This document shows positions 63,864 through 64,000 of a stretch of DNA of 64,000 bases, one piece after another (the first letter of the stretch is position 1; each line of letters starts with the position of its first letter). Made by a program: the position numbers and the translations under genes. The DNA is from Thaumarchaeota archaeon UBA223 (GTDB taxonomy: Archaea > Thermoproteota > Nitrososphaeria > Nitrososphaerales > UBA57). The stretch is taken from assembly GCA_002495905.1 (NCBI GenBank), contig DAHJ01000025.1, positions 21,995 to 85,994 on the forward strand, in the 5' to 3' direction. Under the pieces are notes generated by a model that was not told the DNA's origin, searched no databases, and saw only the letters and a list, made by a program, of their open reading frames with translations.

Positions 63864-64000
63864 TTAGAAAGTAAATGGTCCTACAGTATCAGCGCGTTTT
63901 TGAATAATATTTAAAGCATCCCTTGGAGAAAGGTTACCAAGTATAACTTGATTTAGTTGATTAAGCATTTCTCCTTCAATAGAATCCCATTTGGGAAATC
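63864..64000 (-). CDS. C-terminal fragment of a probable extracellular solute-binding protein (5' part beyond window end)
   Basis: My minus-strand translation is FPKWDSIEGEMLNQLNQVILGNLSPRDALNIIQKRADTVGPFTF*. This resembles the C-terminal helix of family-1 ABC substrate-binding proteins. Only 44 aa are visible. Confidence 0.4.
   Translation of the reverse strand, partial: FPKWDSIEGEMLNQLNQVILGNLSPRDALNIIQKRADTVGPFTF

Overview
This is an AT-rich archaeal chromosome segment. The gene content (TFB, topoisomerase VI A/B, aIF1A, aIF2-beta, SUI1, RIO kinase, Elp3, A-type ATP synthase, intron-bearing tRNAs, blue-copper proteins, no cytochromes in view) best fits a marine Nitrososphaerota/Thaumarchaeota-like genome; that taxon call is inference only.

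Positions 1-44.4 kb are tightly packed housekeeping genes:
- a purS-purQ-(58-aa CxxC ORF)-purL-purF operon, then nfo, SUI1, dCMP deaminase, TFB, ProRS and UppP;
- topo VI A/B and a KH / RIO / aIF1A / DUF424 / aIF2-beta block;
- an apt-MTAP-SAHH salvage trio and a site-2 protease;
- a DUF59 protein plus ferredoxin;
- a dapA-dapB-lysA-dapL lysine operon and inositol-1-P synthase;
- four tRNAs, three with introns, two of them at non-canonical positions;
- a wHTH + ATP-cone + catalytically dead NrdD-like protein directly upstream of a class II (B12) ribonucleotide reductase;
- divergent pyrB/pyrI;
- an A-type ATPase cluster (K, D, B, A, E, F) broken up by opposite-strand insertions.

Positions 44.5-62 kb are the accessory part and the main candidate system. 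Six paralogous 660-750 aa PQQ-type (quinoprotein) beta-propeller dehydrogenase homologues each carry a signal peptide, an acidic E/V linker and a C-terminal TM anchor. They are interleaved with an amicyanin-like cupredoxin, a tethered NTF2-like protein, small anchored proteins and an ABC-2 exporter. Two tandem paralogues share a mosaic of 100 percent identical nucleotide blocks. Two others share an identical GC-rich terminator hairpin.

No CRISPR array, rRNA, transposase or integrase was seen. All homology calls are by-eye motif recognition; no searches were run.
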